Positions 11,794 to 25,261 of a DNA stretch of 64,000 nt are shown here, piece after piece. Below the pieces are notes generated by a model, which was given only the letters and a program-made list of their open reading frames with translations, had not been told where the DNA came from and made no database searches. The stretch comes from Mobula hypostoma. Lineage: Eukaryota. Position 1 is the first letter of the stretch. Every line of letters begins with the position of its first letter. Made by a program: the position numbers and the translations under genes. The stretch covers positions 46,130,001-46,194,000 of the forward strand of contig NC_086097.1 in assembly GCF_963921235.1 (NCBI RefSeq), in the 5' to 3' direction.

Positions 11794-12785
11794 AACACGA
11801 TGTATTCTGCAGATGCTGGAAATTCAAGCAACACACCATAACTTCCGCCACCTCCAACGGGATCCCACCACTAAGCACATCTTTCCCTCCCCCTCCTGCT
11901 TTCCGCAAGGATCGCTCCCTACGCGACTCCCTTGTCCATTCGTCCCCCCCCCATCCCTCCCCACTGATCTCCCTCCTGGCACTTATCCTTGTAAGTGGAA
12001 CAAGTGCTACACATGCACTTACACTTCCTCCCTCACCACCATTCAGGGCTCCAGACAGTCCTTCCAGGTGAGGCGACACTTCACCTGTGAGTCGGCTGGG
12101 GTGACATACTGCGTCCGGTATTCCCCATGTGACCTTCTATATATTGGCGAGACCCGATGCAGACTGGGAGATCGTTTTGCTGAACACCTACGCTCTGTCC
12201 ACCAGAAAAAGCGGGATCTCCCAGTGGCCACACATTTTAATTCCACATCCCATTCCCATTCTGATATGTCTATCCACAGCCTCCTCTACTGTAAAAGTGA
12301 AGCCACACTCAGGTTGGAGGAACCACACCTTATATCCCATCTGAGTAGCCTCCAACCTGATGGCATGGACATTGACTTCTCAAACTTCCACTAATGCCCC
12401 ACCTCTCCCTCGTACCCCATCCGTTATTTATTTATATACACACATTCTTTTTCTCTCTTTCTCCTTTTTGTCCCTCCGTTTTGTCCCCTTGCCCATCCTC
12501 TGGGTTTTCCCCCCTCCTTTTCTTTCTCCCTGGGCCTCCTGTCCCATGATCCTCTCATATCCCTTTTGCCAATCAACTGTCCAGCTCTTGGCTCCATCCC
12601 TCCCCCTCCTGTCTTCTCCTATCATTTTGGATCTCCCCCTCCCCCTCCCCCTCCAACTTTCAAATCCCTTACTCACTCTTCCTTCAGTTAGTCCCGACGA
12701 AGGGTCTCGGCCCAAAATGTCGACTGTACCTCTTTCTAGAGATGCTGCCTGGCCTGCTGCGTTCACCAGCAACTTTGATGTGTGT
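11794..12785 (+). mobile_element. Penelope-like element 3' fragment (GIY-YIG) with short inverted head and 14-bp TSD
   Basis: ORF 11813..12394 contains VTYCVRYSPCDLLYIGET. TSD taccttccacctca at 11780-11793 and 12786-12799. Hammerhead core is mutated (CCGACGA...CAAAAT). Confidence 0.88.
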
Positions 12786-12859
12786 TACCTTCCACCTCAG
12801 GCTGCTCCTACTCAATGAGTGCATTCCCTTGCCAGGTTGATACCAGACACTGGTCTCAT

Positions 12860-13995
12860 TGGGACGGGTTACACCTGAACCCAAGGGGAGCCAATATCCT
12901 TTTGGGCAGGTTTGCTAGAACTGTTGGGGAAGGTTGAAACTAAATTGGCAGGAGGATGGGAATCAGAGTGATAGGGCTGAGGATGGGGCAGTTGGTATAC
13001 AAGTAGATGCAGTGTGCAGTGAGAGTGTTAGGAAGGGCGGGCAGATGATAGGGGAGAATTGCAGTCAGTGGGATGAGCTACAATGTAATATAAGGACAAA
13101 ATCTAAAAGGGTGATGAGCACAGGACTAAAGTTGTTATATTTGAATGCACACAGTATATGGAATAAGGATTATGGTGTTGTGGGAATCACTGGGTCATGG
13201 CTGAAAGAAGATCATAGTTGGGAACATAACATCAAAAAATACACATTGTATCAAAATGACAGGCAGGTATGCTGAGGTGGTAGAGTTCCACTGTTGGTAA
13301 AAATGAAATCAAATCCTTAGAAAGAGGTGACATAGGATTGAAAGATGTAGAATCCTTGTGGGTAGAGTTAAGAAACTGCAAAAAGGTAAAAGGACCCTGA
13401 TGGGAATTATATACAGGGCTTCAAACAGTAGCGGGGATGTGGGATACAAATTACAATGGGAGATAGAAAGCACATGTCAAATGGGCAATGTTATGATGGT
13501 CGTGGAGGATTTCAATATGCAAGTAGATTGGAAAAATCAAGTTGGGGCTGGATTCCGAGAGAGAGAACTTGGTAGAATGCCTACAAGACATCTTTTTAGA
13601 GCAGTTTGTGGTTAAACCCACAAAGCGAAAGGATATTTTGGATTGGGCATTGTGTAAAAAAACCAGATTTGATTAGGGAGCTTAAGGTAAAGGAGCCCTT
13701 AGGAGACTGTGATCATAATATGATAGACAACACATTGCAATTTGAGAGGGAGAAGCTAAAGTCAGGTGTATGTATCAGTATTACAATGGAGTAAAGGGAA
13801 TTACAGAGGCATGAGAGATGAGCTGGCCAAAATTGATTGGAAGAGAACACTAGAAGGGATGATGGCAGAACAACAATGGCTGGAGTCTCTTGAAGAAGTT
13901 TAGAAGGCAAGGTCCAGATAGTCGCTAAGAAGTGGTAGTATTCTAAAGTGACCCAACTATGAATGACAAGGGAGGTCAAAAACAACATAAAAGCC
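12860..13995 (+). mobile_element. Degraded CR1 LINE (ORF1 end and endonuclease)
   Basis: DGLHLNPRGANIL, LKLLYLNAHSI, IIYRASNS, EDFNMQVDW and PLGDCDHNMI fragments with frameshifts. Confidence 0.85.
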
Positions 13996-13999
13996 ACGT

Positions 14000-14940
14000 T
14001 CAATTCAATTCAAATTTATTTGTCATTCAACCATGCATGAATACTCATGAGTACAGCCAAACATAGCATTAATATGGGGTCAAGGTGCTAAAATGCATCA
14101 CAAAAAGTCACACCCAAGAACACATTATGGAACAGAAGAGCCCTGATGCCCCCCCCTCCCCGCGACATCACGGCTTGATGCTCAGTCCTTACATGTACAA
14201 GTCAACAAACCTGTATAGAATATCAGTAAATTACGACAATGCGTGAAAATAGTTCATACCCCCCAGCCCACCAATATCATCTGTTGGCCCACCCTGATGC
14301 CCACTAGGCAACACAGTGGTTTTGAGGCCTAGTCCCACGTAGAATATACAAGCACATATAGGAAAAATACAATGACGCAGAATATGCATGTATATAATCC
14401 AGATCTCCCAGCCCACTGAGATCATCTCTCAACTGGGTCTGACGCCCGCTAGGTGTACCACATCCTAGAGGCCCAGCCCAGTCCTTGCATATACAGGCAC
14501 ATATGGAATGTCAGTAAAGACACAATCAGACAAATGTATATGTATACCGTCAGGATCCCTCAGTCCAATTGAAATCTCTAGTTGACCATGCCCGAGTCCG
14601 TTGAGTGCCACCAAAAGGTCTGCGGTCGACCACAACAGAGCTTGACTTGTGCCGGGCGAAATCCTGGGAGGGCAGCATCAACTCCATCCGGACGCCGTAC
14701 CACACCACGCCTGGTGAAGTGCAACGGCTTCATCTCCTCACTCCAGTGGCTGCAAACGGGTGACGCTGTGGCTTCAGGGCTAGCCCTTGCTATGACCGAG
14801 GCTAGGCAGCTTCCCACCATCCATCCCTGTTCTCATCCAATAAACCAGCAAATTGAGCCTGCAGCATACCAGATTAACAATGTCCAAGGGGGACTTGTGA
14901 TCACAAGAAAAGCAACCGTGATGGCCACTCACTATATGAT
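14000..14940 (-). repeat. Unclassified non-autonomous repeat with (ttcaa)n-type tail
   Basis: The tail at 14000-14090 is related in reverse to 33670-33760. No recognisable coding motif. Confidence 0.45.
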
Positions 14941-14947
14941 TGTAAGC

Positions 14948-17900
14948 CTCCGGATCTGCTTACAATACTCCAAGTGAGGCCTCACCAGTGCTTTATAAAG
15001 TCTCAACATTACATCCTTGCTTTTATATTCTAGTCCTCTTGAAATGAATGTTAGCATCACATTTGCCTTCTTTTCCACCAACTCAAGGTGCAAATTAACC
15101 TTTAGGGAACCCTGAACAAGGACTCCCAAGTCCCTTTGCATCTCAGTTTTTTGTATTTTCCCTCCATTTAGAAAATAGTCAACCTTTTCATTTCTTCTAC
15201 CGAAATACATGACCACACAGTTCCCAACACTGTATTCCATCTGCTATTTCTATGCCCATTCTTCTAATCTGTCTAAGTCCTTCTGTAGCTTCTCTATTTC
15301 CTCAAAACCACCTGCCCTCCACCTATCTTCATATCATCTGCAAACTTTGCAACAAAGCTATCAATTCCATCATCCAAATCATTGACATATAACATAAAAA
15401 GAATTGGTCCCAACGCAGTCCTCTGTGGAACACCACTAGTCACCAGCAGCGAACTAGAAAAGGCTCCCTTTATTCCCACTCTTTGTCTCCTGCCAGTCAG
15501 CCACTGCTTTATCCATGCTAGGATCTTTCCTGCAATACTGTGGGCTCATAGTTTGTTAAGCAGCCTCATGCGTGGCACCTTGTTTAAGGCCTTCTGAAAA
15601 TCTAAGCACACAACATCAACCGATTCTCCTTTGTCTATCCTGCTTGTTACTTCTTCAAAGACTTCCAACAGATTTGTCAGGCAAGATTTTACCTTGTGGA
15701 ACCTATGTTGACTTTGGCCTATTTTATAATTTGCCTCCAAGTACCCCAAAACCATATCCTTAACAATTGACCCAACATCTTCCCAATCACTGAGGTCAGA
15801 CTAACTGGCTTTAAGTTTCCTTTCTTTTGCCTCTCTCCCTTCTTGAAGAGTGGAGCTACATCTGCAATTTTCCAGTCTCCCGGAACCATTCCAGAATCTA
15901 GTGATTCCTGAAAGATCATTACTAATGCCTCTACCATGTCTTCAGCCACCTCTTTCAGAACCCTGGGGTGTACACCATCTGGTCCAGGAGACTTGTCTAT
16001 CTTCAGACCTTTAAGTATCCCAAGAACCTTCTCTCTACTAATGGTAACCTTCGCACACTTTATGACCCCTGACACCTGAAACTTTCACCCTACTGCTGGT
16101 GTCTACCACAGTGAAGACTGATGCAAAATGCTTATTCAGTTCATCTGCCATTACCTTGCCCCCTCCACTACTACCACTCCTCCTGCATCATTTTCCAGCA
16201 GTCCAATATCCTCACCCTCCTCTCTTTTCCACTTAATGTATCTGAAGAAACTTTTGGTATGCTCTTTAATATTATTGGCTAAATTACTCTTGTATTCCAT
16301 CTTTACCTTAATGACTTTTTATTTGCTTTAGTTGCTTTTTAAAAGCTTTCCAATCCTCTAACCTCCCAGTAATTTTTGCTCCATAACATGCCCTCTCTGT
16401 GGCTTTTATGTTGCTTTAACTTCTTGTTCACCACAGTTATGCTATCTTGCCTTTAGAATACTACTTCTTTTGGCCTTCTGAATTGCTTCCAGAAATTCCA
16501 GCCATTCCTGCTCTGCCGTCATCCCTGCCGGTGTTCTTTTCCAGTCAGTTCTGGCCAACTCCTCTTTCACGCCTTTGTAATTCCCTTTACTCCACTGTAA
16601 AACTGATACATCTGATGTTAGCTTTTCCTTCTCAGATTTCAGGGTGAATTCAATCATATTAAGATCCCTTTCCCCTAAAGGTTCTTTTACCTTAAGCTCC
16701 CTAATCAATTCTAGTGAACAGCGCCCAATTCAGAATAGCTGATTCTATAGTGGACTCAACCATGAACTGCTGTTAAAGGCCATCTCGTAGGCACTTGAGA
16801 AAGACCCCACCTGGAATCCTGCATCAATCTGATTTTCCCAATCTACCTGTATATTGAAATCCCCCATGACTATTGTAATATTGCTCTTTGGACATGCATT
16901 TTCTATCTCCTGGTAATTTGTAGGCCACATCCTTACTAGTGTTTGGGGGTCTGTATACAATTCCCATCAGGGTCTTCTTACCCTTGCAGTTCCTTACCTC
17001 TATGCACAATGATTCAACACCTATTTCACCTCTTTCTAATGATTTGATTTCATTTTTACCAACAGACCAACGTCACCGCTCTGCCTTCTTGCCTTCTTTC
17101 AATATGTATCCTTGGACATTAAGCTCCCAACTATAATCTTCTTTCAGCCATAATTCAGTGATGCCTACAACATGCCAATTTGCAACTGTGCTACAAGTTC
17201 ATCTCCCTTATTCCGTATACTGTGTGGATTCAAATATAGCACCTTTAATCTTGTACTCACCATCTTCAATTTTGTCTGCCTTTTACATTGCAACTTATCC
17301 TGTTGACTGCAATTTTGCCCTATCATCAGCCTCTCCTTACTACATATTGCCATTGTTTGTAAACCAGCTACCCTTTCTTCAGCAATGTCATCTGGCTTTC
17401 CTCTAATACTTCTTGCATTGAAATATACGCAGCTCAGGATAGTAGACACACCATGCTCAACCTTTCGATTCCTAACTTTGTCTGAGGTCGTTCCAACATC
17501 TCTCTCCACAGCCTCTCCACTAGCTGTTCTGGCACTCTGGTTCCCATGCCCTGGAACTCTAGTTTAAACCCCACTATGCAGCATTAACAAGCCTTCCTGC
17601 TAGGATATTAGTCCCTCTCCTGTTCAGGTGCAAACCATCCCTTCTGTACAGGTCCGGCCTTCTCTGAAGGAGAGCCCAGTGATCCAAAAATCTTTTGTCC
17701 TCCCGCCTGCACCAACCCTTTAGCCACGTATTAAACTGTATAATCTTCCTAGTTCTGGCCTCAATAGTACGTGACATGGGTGGCAATCCTGACATCACAA
17801 TCCTGGTGGTCCTGACCTTTAATTTAGCACTTAACACCCTGAACTTCCTATGCAGAACCCCGTCACTTGTCCTACCCATGTCATTGGACCATGACTTCCA

Positions 17901-18790
17901 GTTGTTCACTCTCCCACTGAAGAAAGCTGAAGACTCGATCCAGCCTGTCCTGGCACCCAGGAGGCCACGTACTACTTGGGAATCTTGTTCTGGTCCACAG
18001 AACCTCCTTTCTGTTCCCCTAACTAATGAATCCCGTATCATCACCGTGTGCCTCTTCTCTCTCCTCCCCTTCTGAGTCACAGAACCAGACTCAGTACCAA
18101 GGACTTGGCCACTGTGACTTTCCTCTGTTAGGTCAATTCCCCTCCCTCCCCAACAGCATCCAAAGTGGTATACCTGTTGTTGAGGGTGATGGTCACAGGG
18201 GTACTGTACACTAGTTCCTCAACCCTTTTCCCCTTCCTGACTGTCACCTGTTTCCTCTGTCCTGAACCTTGGGTGTAACTACCTCTCCGTATGTCATACC
18301 TATCTCCCCTTCAGCCTCCCGAATGATCCAGGGTTCATAGGTTCCAGCTCCAAATTCTTAACGCGGATTGTTAGAGGCTGCAGCTGGATGCACTTCTCGC
18401 AATTGTAGTCATCAGGGACACCGGAGGTCTCCCTGCCTTCCACATCCTGTAGGAGGAGAATCTCTACTGTCCTGGTTGAGCAGATATAAAGAAGGGAAGG
18501 AGAAAAAAAACTTAATCTTCAGCTTTTCTTTTCTTTGCTTTCTCTGACTGAAGCCTCTCTTCACTGAAGCCTCGAAGAGCCGAAGCCTCAAGATCACCAC
18601 CCTGACTCTGTCCACTCAGATGATGGCCGCTGCCTTCCTTTAATTTGCTCTTGCTAATCAATCCCAAATGTGGATTGGTCAATGGTCAGAGCAACCCACT
18701 GCTCTCATTTCTAATTGGACAGTGGACCTGAGTGAAATCCCCCTCCTCGCAAAACTTTCAATGTCTGGATTGGTCGCTGGTCAAAATCTT
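14948..18790 (-). mobile_element. Long degraded CR1 LINE (5' region, esterase ORF1, endonuclease, RT); chimeric near 17390
   Basis: ORF1 SGNH-like fragment 17574..18080, EN motifs, and RT motifs KSPGPDG, GVPQRTALGPILF, KFADD, RPHLEYC. Confidence 0.9.
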
Positions 18791-19132
18791 ATTTCATTTT
18801 TGTTTATAATTCCAAAGTAAAGCTGGCTTTCACTTCAGTGTCCAATTTCTGTCATCTCCATGTAATGAAATGAATTTTAAATGTTGGAATACTTGTATGA
18901 TGTCGGATTTTCATCTTGGTAACACAGAATAGTGCATGTGGAGCATTATCTGACTGAAAGAAGGGGAGTGGAATGTAAACCCAGAACTGAAGCAGGAAAC
19001 AAGATCAGATGTGCCATCTCTGATCATCTGATATCCATGTTCCAGCACTAATTCAGGCACCACATCCAAATTCAATCAGATGTCCTGTTAGCCTTTTATA
19101 TATTTTGATCCAGATAAATCTTTCTTTTGTAG

Positions 19133-19249
19133 GAATCATGCGGTCATTACCCTGGAGATCATGCAATAGACATTGTCCCACGTCAAGCAGGCATCAGTGT
19201 TATTACTCCACCATCTGATGGACGTGATTTTGGAGAGCAAGACTGTTGA
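19133..19249 (+). CDS. AMN: Probable last coding exon of amnionless
   Basis: Strong acceptor tctttcttttgtag, open in the required phase 0: ESCGHYPGDHAIDIVPRQAGISVITPPSDGRDFGEQDC*. Length is similar to the AMN terminal exon, but it has no canonical FxNPxF/Y. Confidence 0.62.
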   Translation, partial: ESCGHYPGDHAIDIVPRQAGISVITPPSDGRDFGEQDC

Positions 19250-19502
19250 CATGTTGTCCCATGCATGAATTAATTTTTAATGTATTAAAAAGAATTTAAC
19301 TTGGTGGTCATTTGCAGGTCAGTGTATTCCTGTAAACCAAAAGTGTGGTAAAATGGTAGTCACTGTTAACTTCATTCTCAGACCTATCTGAATTAAAGCT
19401 TTCTCACGTGTTAATTACACATACAAAATGCTGAAAGTACTGTGAACAGGCAAATTACCATCATGTGTATTGTTCCAGATTTCCAGCATCTACGGGTTTT
19501 CT

Positions 19503-20605
19503 CAGAATCAGAATCAGGTTTATTATCACCAACATGTGATGTGAAATTTGTTAACTTAGCAGCAGCTGCTCAATGCAATACATAATCCAGCAGAGAAAAA
19601 AAAGATAAAATAAAACAATAATAATAAAGTAAATCAATTACATATATTGAACAGATTTTTAAAAAACATGCTAAAAGAGAAATACTGTATATTTTTTAAA
19701 AAGTGAGGTAGTGTTCAAAGCTTCAATGTCCATTTAGGAATCGGATGGCAGAGGGGAAGAAGCTGTTTGTGAATCGCTGAGTGTGTGCCTTCAGGCTTCT
19801 GTACCTTCTACATGATGGTAACAGTGAGAAAAGGGCATGCCCTGGGTGCTGGAGATCCTTAATAATGGACGTTGTCTTTCTGAGACACCACTCCCTAAAG
19901 ATGTCCTGGGTAGTTTGTAGGCTAGAGATTTACAATCTTCTGCAGCTTCTTTCAGTCCTATGCAGTAGCCCCTCCATACCAGACAGTGATGCAGCCTGTC
20001 AGAATGCTCTCCACAGTACATCTACAGAAGCTTTTGAGTGTATTTGTTGACATGCCAAATCTCTTCAAACTCCTAATAAAGTATAGCCGCTGTCTTGCCT
20101 TCTTTATAACTACATTGATATGTTGGGACCAGGTTAGATCCTTAGAGGTCTTGACACCTAGGAACTTGAAGCTGCTCACTCTCTCCACTTCTGATCCCTC
20201 TATGAGGATTGGTATGTGTTCCTTCGCCTTGCCCTTCCTGAAGTCCACAATCGACTCTTTTGTCTTACTGACGTTGAGTGCCAGGTTGTTGCTGCAGCAC
20301 CACTCCACTAGCTGGCATATCTCACTCCTGTACGCCCTCTTGTCACCACCTGAGATTCTACCAACAATGGTTGTATCGTCAGCAAAAAATTTATAGATGG
20401 TGTTTGAGCTATACCTAGCCACACAGTCATGTGTGTATACAGAGAGTAGAGCAGTGGGCTAAGCACACACCTCTGAGGTGCGCCAGTGCTGATCGTCAGC
20501 GAGGAGGATATGTTATCACCAATCTGCACAGACGTGGTCTTCCGGTTGGGACGTTGAAGATCCAATTGCAGAGGGAGGTACGGAGGCCCAGGTTCTGCAA
20601 CTTCT
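19503..20605 (-). mobile_element. Rex-Babar-type LINE 3' fragment
   Basis: GAPQRCVLSPLLYSLYT, IYKFFADDTTIVGRIS, LALNVSKTKE, KKARQRLYF; tail aataaacctgattctgattctgag. Confidence 0.82.
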
Positions 20606-23600
20606 TGCGTCTCTTGTGTGGTAGTGAACACAGCTGGAAATTGCCAAGGTACTTAAAGGGATATTTGCTCAGGTGAAGTTTTAATATGTGATGAAGTGTG
20701 TTCCTCTCCCTTCAATCTGCACATTTTGGGCTAGCTGAACAGATGAACTGAGTTTTATGTGACTCAATCTTATCCAGTCAAACTTGTGAATTCACAGTGT
20801 ATTGATGCTTTTGTTTTGTTTGACACTAAATGTTCTATGCCAGTCTTACTCTCGATGAATATTACCGATTTAGAATTTTGGATTGAAGCGTGGTGTATGC
20901 GTGAGAGAGAAGAATGGCAGTAATACTTTGGGAGAGACTGAGTTACTCCTCATTATCATACAATTGTTAAGGTGAATTCTCCTGGTTTGGACCTGATATA
21001 AGCAGAGAACGAAAACTCTGAGGTTATTACTCTTGGTGATTAAATTGTGAGCTGATACAGGGCTGCTCCCTTCTGTGCAGAAGGCCAGGAGGAAGAATTT
21101 TAATAATGTAATTATCATGTCCCGGTTCAGGCTGACAAGGGTGTATTTTATCTTGAACTGTGAACAGCCAAATTATCATTGCCTTGAGCATTTGTGATTA
21201 ATTCGCATAAACTTTGACCAAACCTTCATCAAGACAGATGGATCAATCATAATTAAACGATATTCAGGCAGTAATCTACAAATACAGATGTATTTGTAGG
21301 TGGACAAATCAACCATTTTAATTCTGTCTTCCTGTATAGCAAACACATTTTATTTTGAACTAATATTGTAGCCATTCAGTAAAATAAAATTATTTCTTAA
21401 TGATGTCTGACTTTTCAGTTTTCAAACATTGTTGAAAGAAAAAACGGATAAACTAGAAAAAAAACTTAGATTATATTTCTGTGTATTTGAAAAGTTTAAT
21501 TGTGGTCTGTCAACAAAATTCTCTCCATCTCTTACCAGACAGTAGGAAAAGGAGAGTTGAATAAGCCATGAGCTAGCATCATCCGAAGTCTTTTGGTAAA
21601 TGCCAACTGTTTACTTTTGAAGCAAAAACTTAAATTGTTGGTTGAAAAGGCTAATCTTAGTTTCACCAGCAGAGGGCGAAGCGGCAGGGCAGCCTCGATC
21701 AATCCACGAATAATGGCAAGATGACTCTCAAGGCGAGGTTGATGTGACTGATTAACTTGTACTGCATAATTCTTTTGGTAGGAAATTTTAGGATATTTTA
21801 TTTCTATGAAATCTTTTTCTTCGGCCACATAACCTAGGAAGCAAAATATATAGAATGTAAAGTGAACAGTTCAGGTTAAGTAAGACAACCTTCGATAAAA
21901 TCTACTGCACTGCTTTGCTCAGCACCTCTATTTATTAGAACATTCCCGATCGCACTATTGAAGGAAATGTTCTAACAGCAGGTAGGCTTTCTGCCAATCT
22001 GTAAATCAGCTGTAAATGCGAGGATCGATGCAGAACCGTCAGTAGGTGGAGCCACTGCACTACTTTCGTAAATACATTTTGAAATGCAGAGGGCTTGTTT
22101 AGCACAGTCATACTGCCGCAGTGTACTGTACTTACTGCATGTTGTTGCCACCCAAGGTGTGGCAGCAAACTTTGTACAATGCAGTTCATATCAACCGAAA
22201 GTCCGGAACCTAGGGATGGAAACTCTCAAGTAATTATTCAGAGACGCGGGGGTGGTGGTGGAGTTCTGTGCAGTATTCCGGTCAATATTCATTCCTTATT
22301 AAAATTAATAAAACAGTGCCGATTGGAGTTTCAAAGCGAATGGCTATAATTCCTATATTACAATTTTGACTTAAATTCACGAGTTTCACTGGTAATAATG
22401 TGTGGAAACAATAACTTGCATCAGCGAGTTGTCTGCAAAATGGTAAGTATCGACGGGTCCTGGAGAGGACAATGAACTGTGGACTTTGGATGTCGCGAGG
22501 TTCAGAGAGGACTTCTTTCTTTCACTCGTGCCTTTACAGGAACTGCAACCCCTTGCTGATTCTCAGTTGCTGTCTTGTTGAGCGAGGGGTATTTTTCAGC
22601 AAGTCAATGCTTGCAAAACTATTGCATTACCTTTGTTTGATGTCAGATACAAATCAGATGTGAAAGAACAGCGCGCATTTATTTTGCTTTTCTCCCCCCA
22701 AAAATCTTAATGATTTAAATATTGAGGTAATGAAAATCTATTATTTCACCACAGTAATTTCAAGTGAAGCGGGGCTTAGATACTTAAAATCTGTTAGTCA
22801 GCTAAATAGCTAATATAAAAAAAATGTTATATAGGATATTGTTTCTGAGGGAGAAACAGATGTTAATTCCAGCTAATTACAGAGTCAGGACATTAGATCA
22901 CACCATCCTTTCTGCTCTTATCTGAAGGAAGTTGAGACTGGGAAACTGAGGGGTAAAGATAGATGTAGACATCACCCACGGTGACACCAACTGTCTGTAG
23001 TTTGGGATGGACTAGTGCCAGAAGTTAAATAACAGATCTGATTTAAAACATAATAATTTCTCCCCTTACCCCATCTGTAAAGACCATCTGGCTGTTTTTC
23101 AGGTTATGAAATTTGGAACTGTTTTGCAACAACTGTGCAGAATTGTAGTTGATTGAACATTTCAATTTTTCACATATTTCCTCTATTAATTCATTCAAAT
23201 AAAATTCATTGCAAGGAAATAGTCCAGAAAAGTTTCTAGCAAGGTGGAGATATCCATTCAGTTTAATTAAGTTCAAAGTAAATTTATTATTAAAGTACAT
23301 ATACGTCACCATATACAGCCGTGAGATTCATTTTCTTGCAGGCATACTCAATAAATCCAATAACCATAATAGAATCGATGAAAGACTGCAGCAGCTGGGT
23401 GTTCAAGCAGTGTGCAAAAGGTAACAGACTGCAAATACACAAAGAAAGAAGTAATAACAACAAACATATAAGCAATAAACATCGAGAACATGAGATGAAG
23501 AATCCTTGAACATGAGTTCATAAATCGTGGGAATATTTCAGTGATGGGTTAAGTGCAGTTGAATGACGTTCTCCTCTTTGGTTCAAGAGCCTGATGGCTG

Positions 23601-25261
23601 AGGGGTAATAACTGTTCCTGAATTTGGTGGCATGGGTCCTGAGGCTCCTGTATCTCTTCCTGATAGCAGCAACGATGATTTTAAATTTATATGTTTACTT
23701 TTGCACTAAAGTTAATATAACCCCCTCACAAAGATTGGGTTCATAAATGTTAAAGAAATTAATAAGTCTCTTATTGCTAATTTACAATAACTCTTATAAA
23801 CATATATCAGTTTTTGTTCCACAAATAATTAACTTAAAATGCAATTACTATTATAAAGCTGAAAAATGTTGCTTCCTGCTTGTTTTAGTTGTCCAAGAAT
23901 GTTGCAAAAGTCCTAAAGAGAAATCCTTAATCCAGTGAATACAGCAGTGAGTACAACTCACCTTTATGTTAATATTTACACAGTATTAAATGCAGAGGAG
24001 AGAAAGGAAGCCAGGATGCGGAAAAGTCTCAGATGAAAATTAATTGAATATAGGGTTGGTGTAATGGGCGCTTGATGGTTGGCTGAAGTCTGATAATGTA
24101 AAACTTAATTTCAATGTTATGGCTGGAGATGCAGTTGCCAATGATTGGGCAAAAGAACAATGCCTGAAAGGCAAGAATTGATTTGCACCCCCGTCTGCAC
24201 CTTGTAAATCTGCATGCCCACCCAGACTTTACTCTTAGTGGAGAGCAGCAGCAAACTCCTCATTGCAGGCTTCATGCTACTGTACCACCACCCAGAATGG
24301 TGAGGAAGTTCTCAGCCATGGTGACAGCTCTCATAGAGAAAGTGACCGTGACTTCCTGCTGCTGCTGACTTAGGCTCCAGATGATGGAGATTGCAAGTGG
24401 ATTTGCGTTTATATTTCAGCTGTCGTGGCATTTGGATCCAATGCAGCTCTGGAAATCAACCAACTAGAAATAAACAGGAGCAGTCATAATTTAAAATGCT
24501 GGAAGGCTGGTAACAGGTTATGGCTAGCCTTTGTCAGAGAATGTTTTTAATTGAAGAGGCATTCAGTTAGGTATTGAATGACGAGATTTTGTGAATCTTA
24601 ACTGTTATTTCTTGGACTATCCTGGGTGGAGGAAGTGCGGAGAAGCAGAAAAAATGGAGAATTCTATATCCAAATGAGGAAAAATAATAACTACTAGCTA
24701 TGAGCAACAATGTAGTATAGAAGTAAAATAAGAAGGGTCTCAGGCTGAATCATTGATTGCTTATTTGCTCCATAGATGCTGCCTCTCTTGCTGAGTTCCT
24801 CCAGATTTTATGTGTGTTACTGTTTCAAAGAACTATTTTATGCAAATAACTATCAGTAAAATTAACAAATCCCCTTAATCTTGCTGTATGGGATGGTATA
24901 AATTGGTGGCACATGGACCCAGAATATGCAGTGGGAAAAAACAAACTGCTTGAGCTGTTGACTTTAGATTTTGTATGCACTAAACAACTGAAAATCTGTC
25001 AAATAATGAATGAATACATTGAAAAGGCAATGTGTCTTTGTGTCTCAGTCCTATGAAACATTTAATTGCAGGCTTGTATTACATGTCTGGGCAGAGTGCA
25101 GTCTTGTTCAGTTTTAAATAAAAAGCCTCCCTGTATGTAGTGCAATATAAACAATCAGGGTCGTCTGCAGCTTTTGTAAGTCACTGAAGTGTATTGGGAG
25201 TGGCATTGCTGATCAGGTTAATATCACAGCTGCAGAAAGGGAGGACATTGAGGAGGGATTG

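Noticed and set aside
12685..12726. Hammerhead-like motif in the second Penelope copy (also ~50260-50300)
   Set aside because: Core nucleotides are mutated (CCGACGA / CAAAAT; GAAA to AAAA), so it is predicted inactive.
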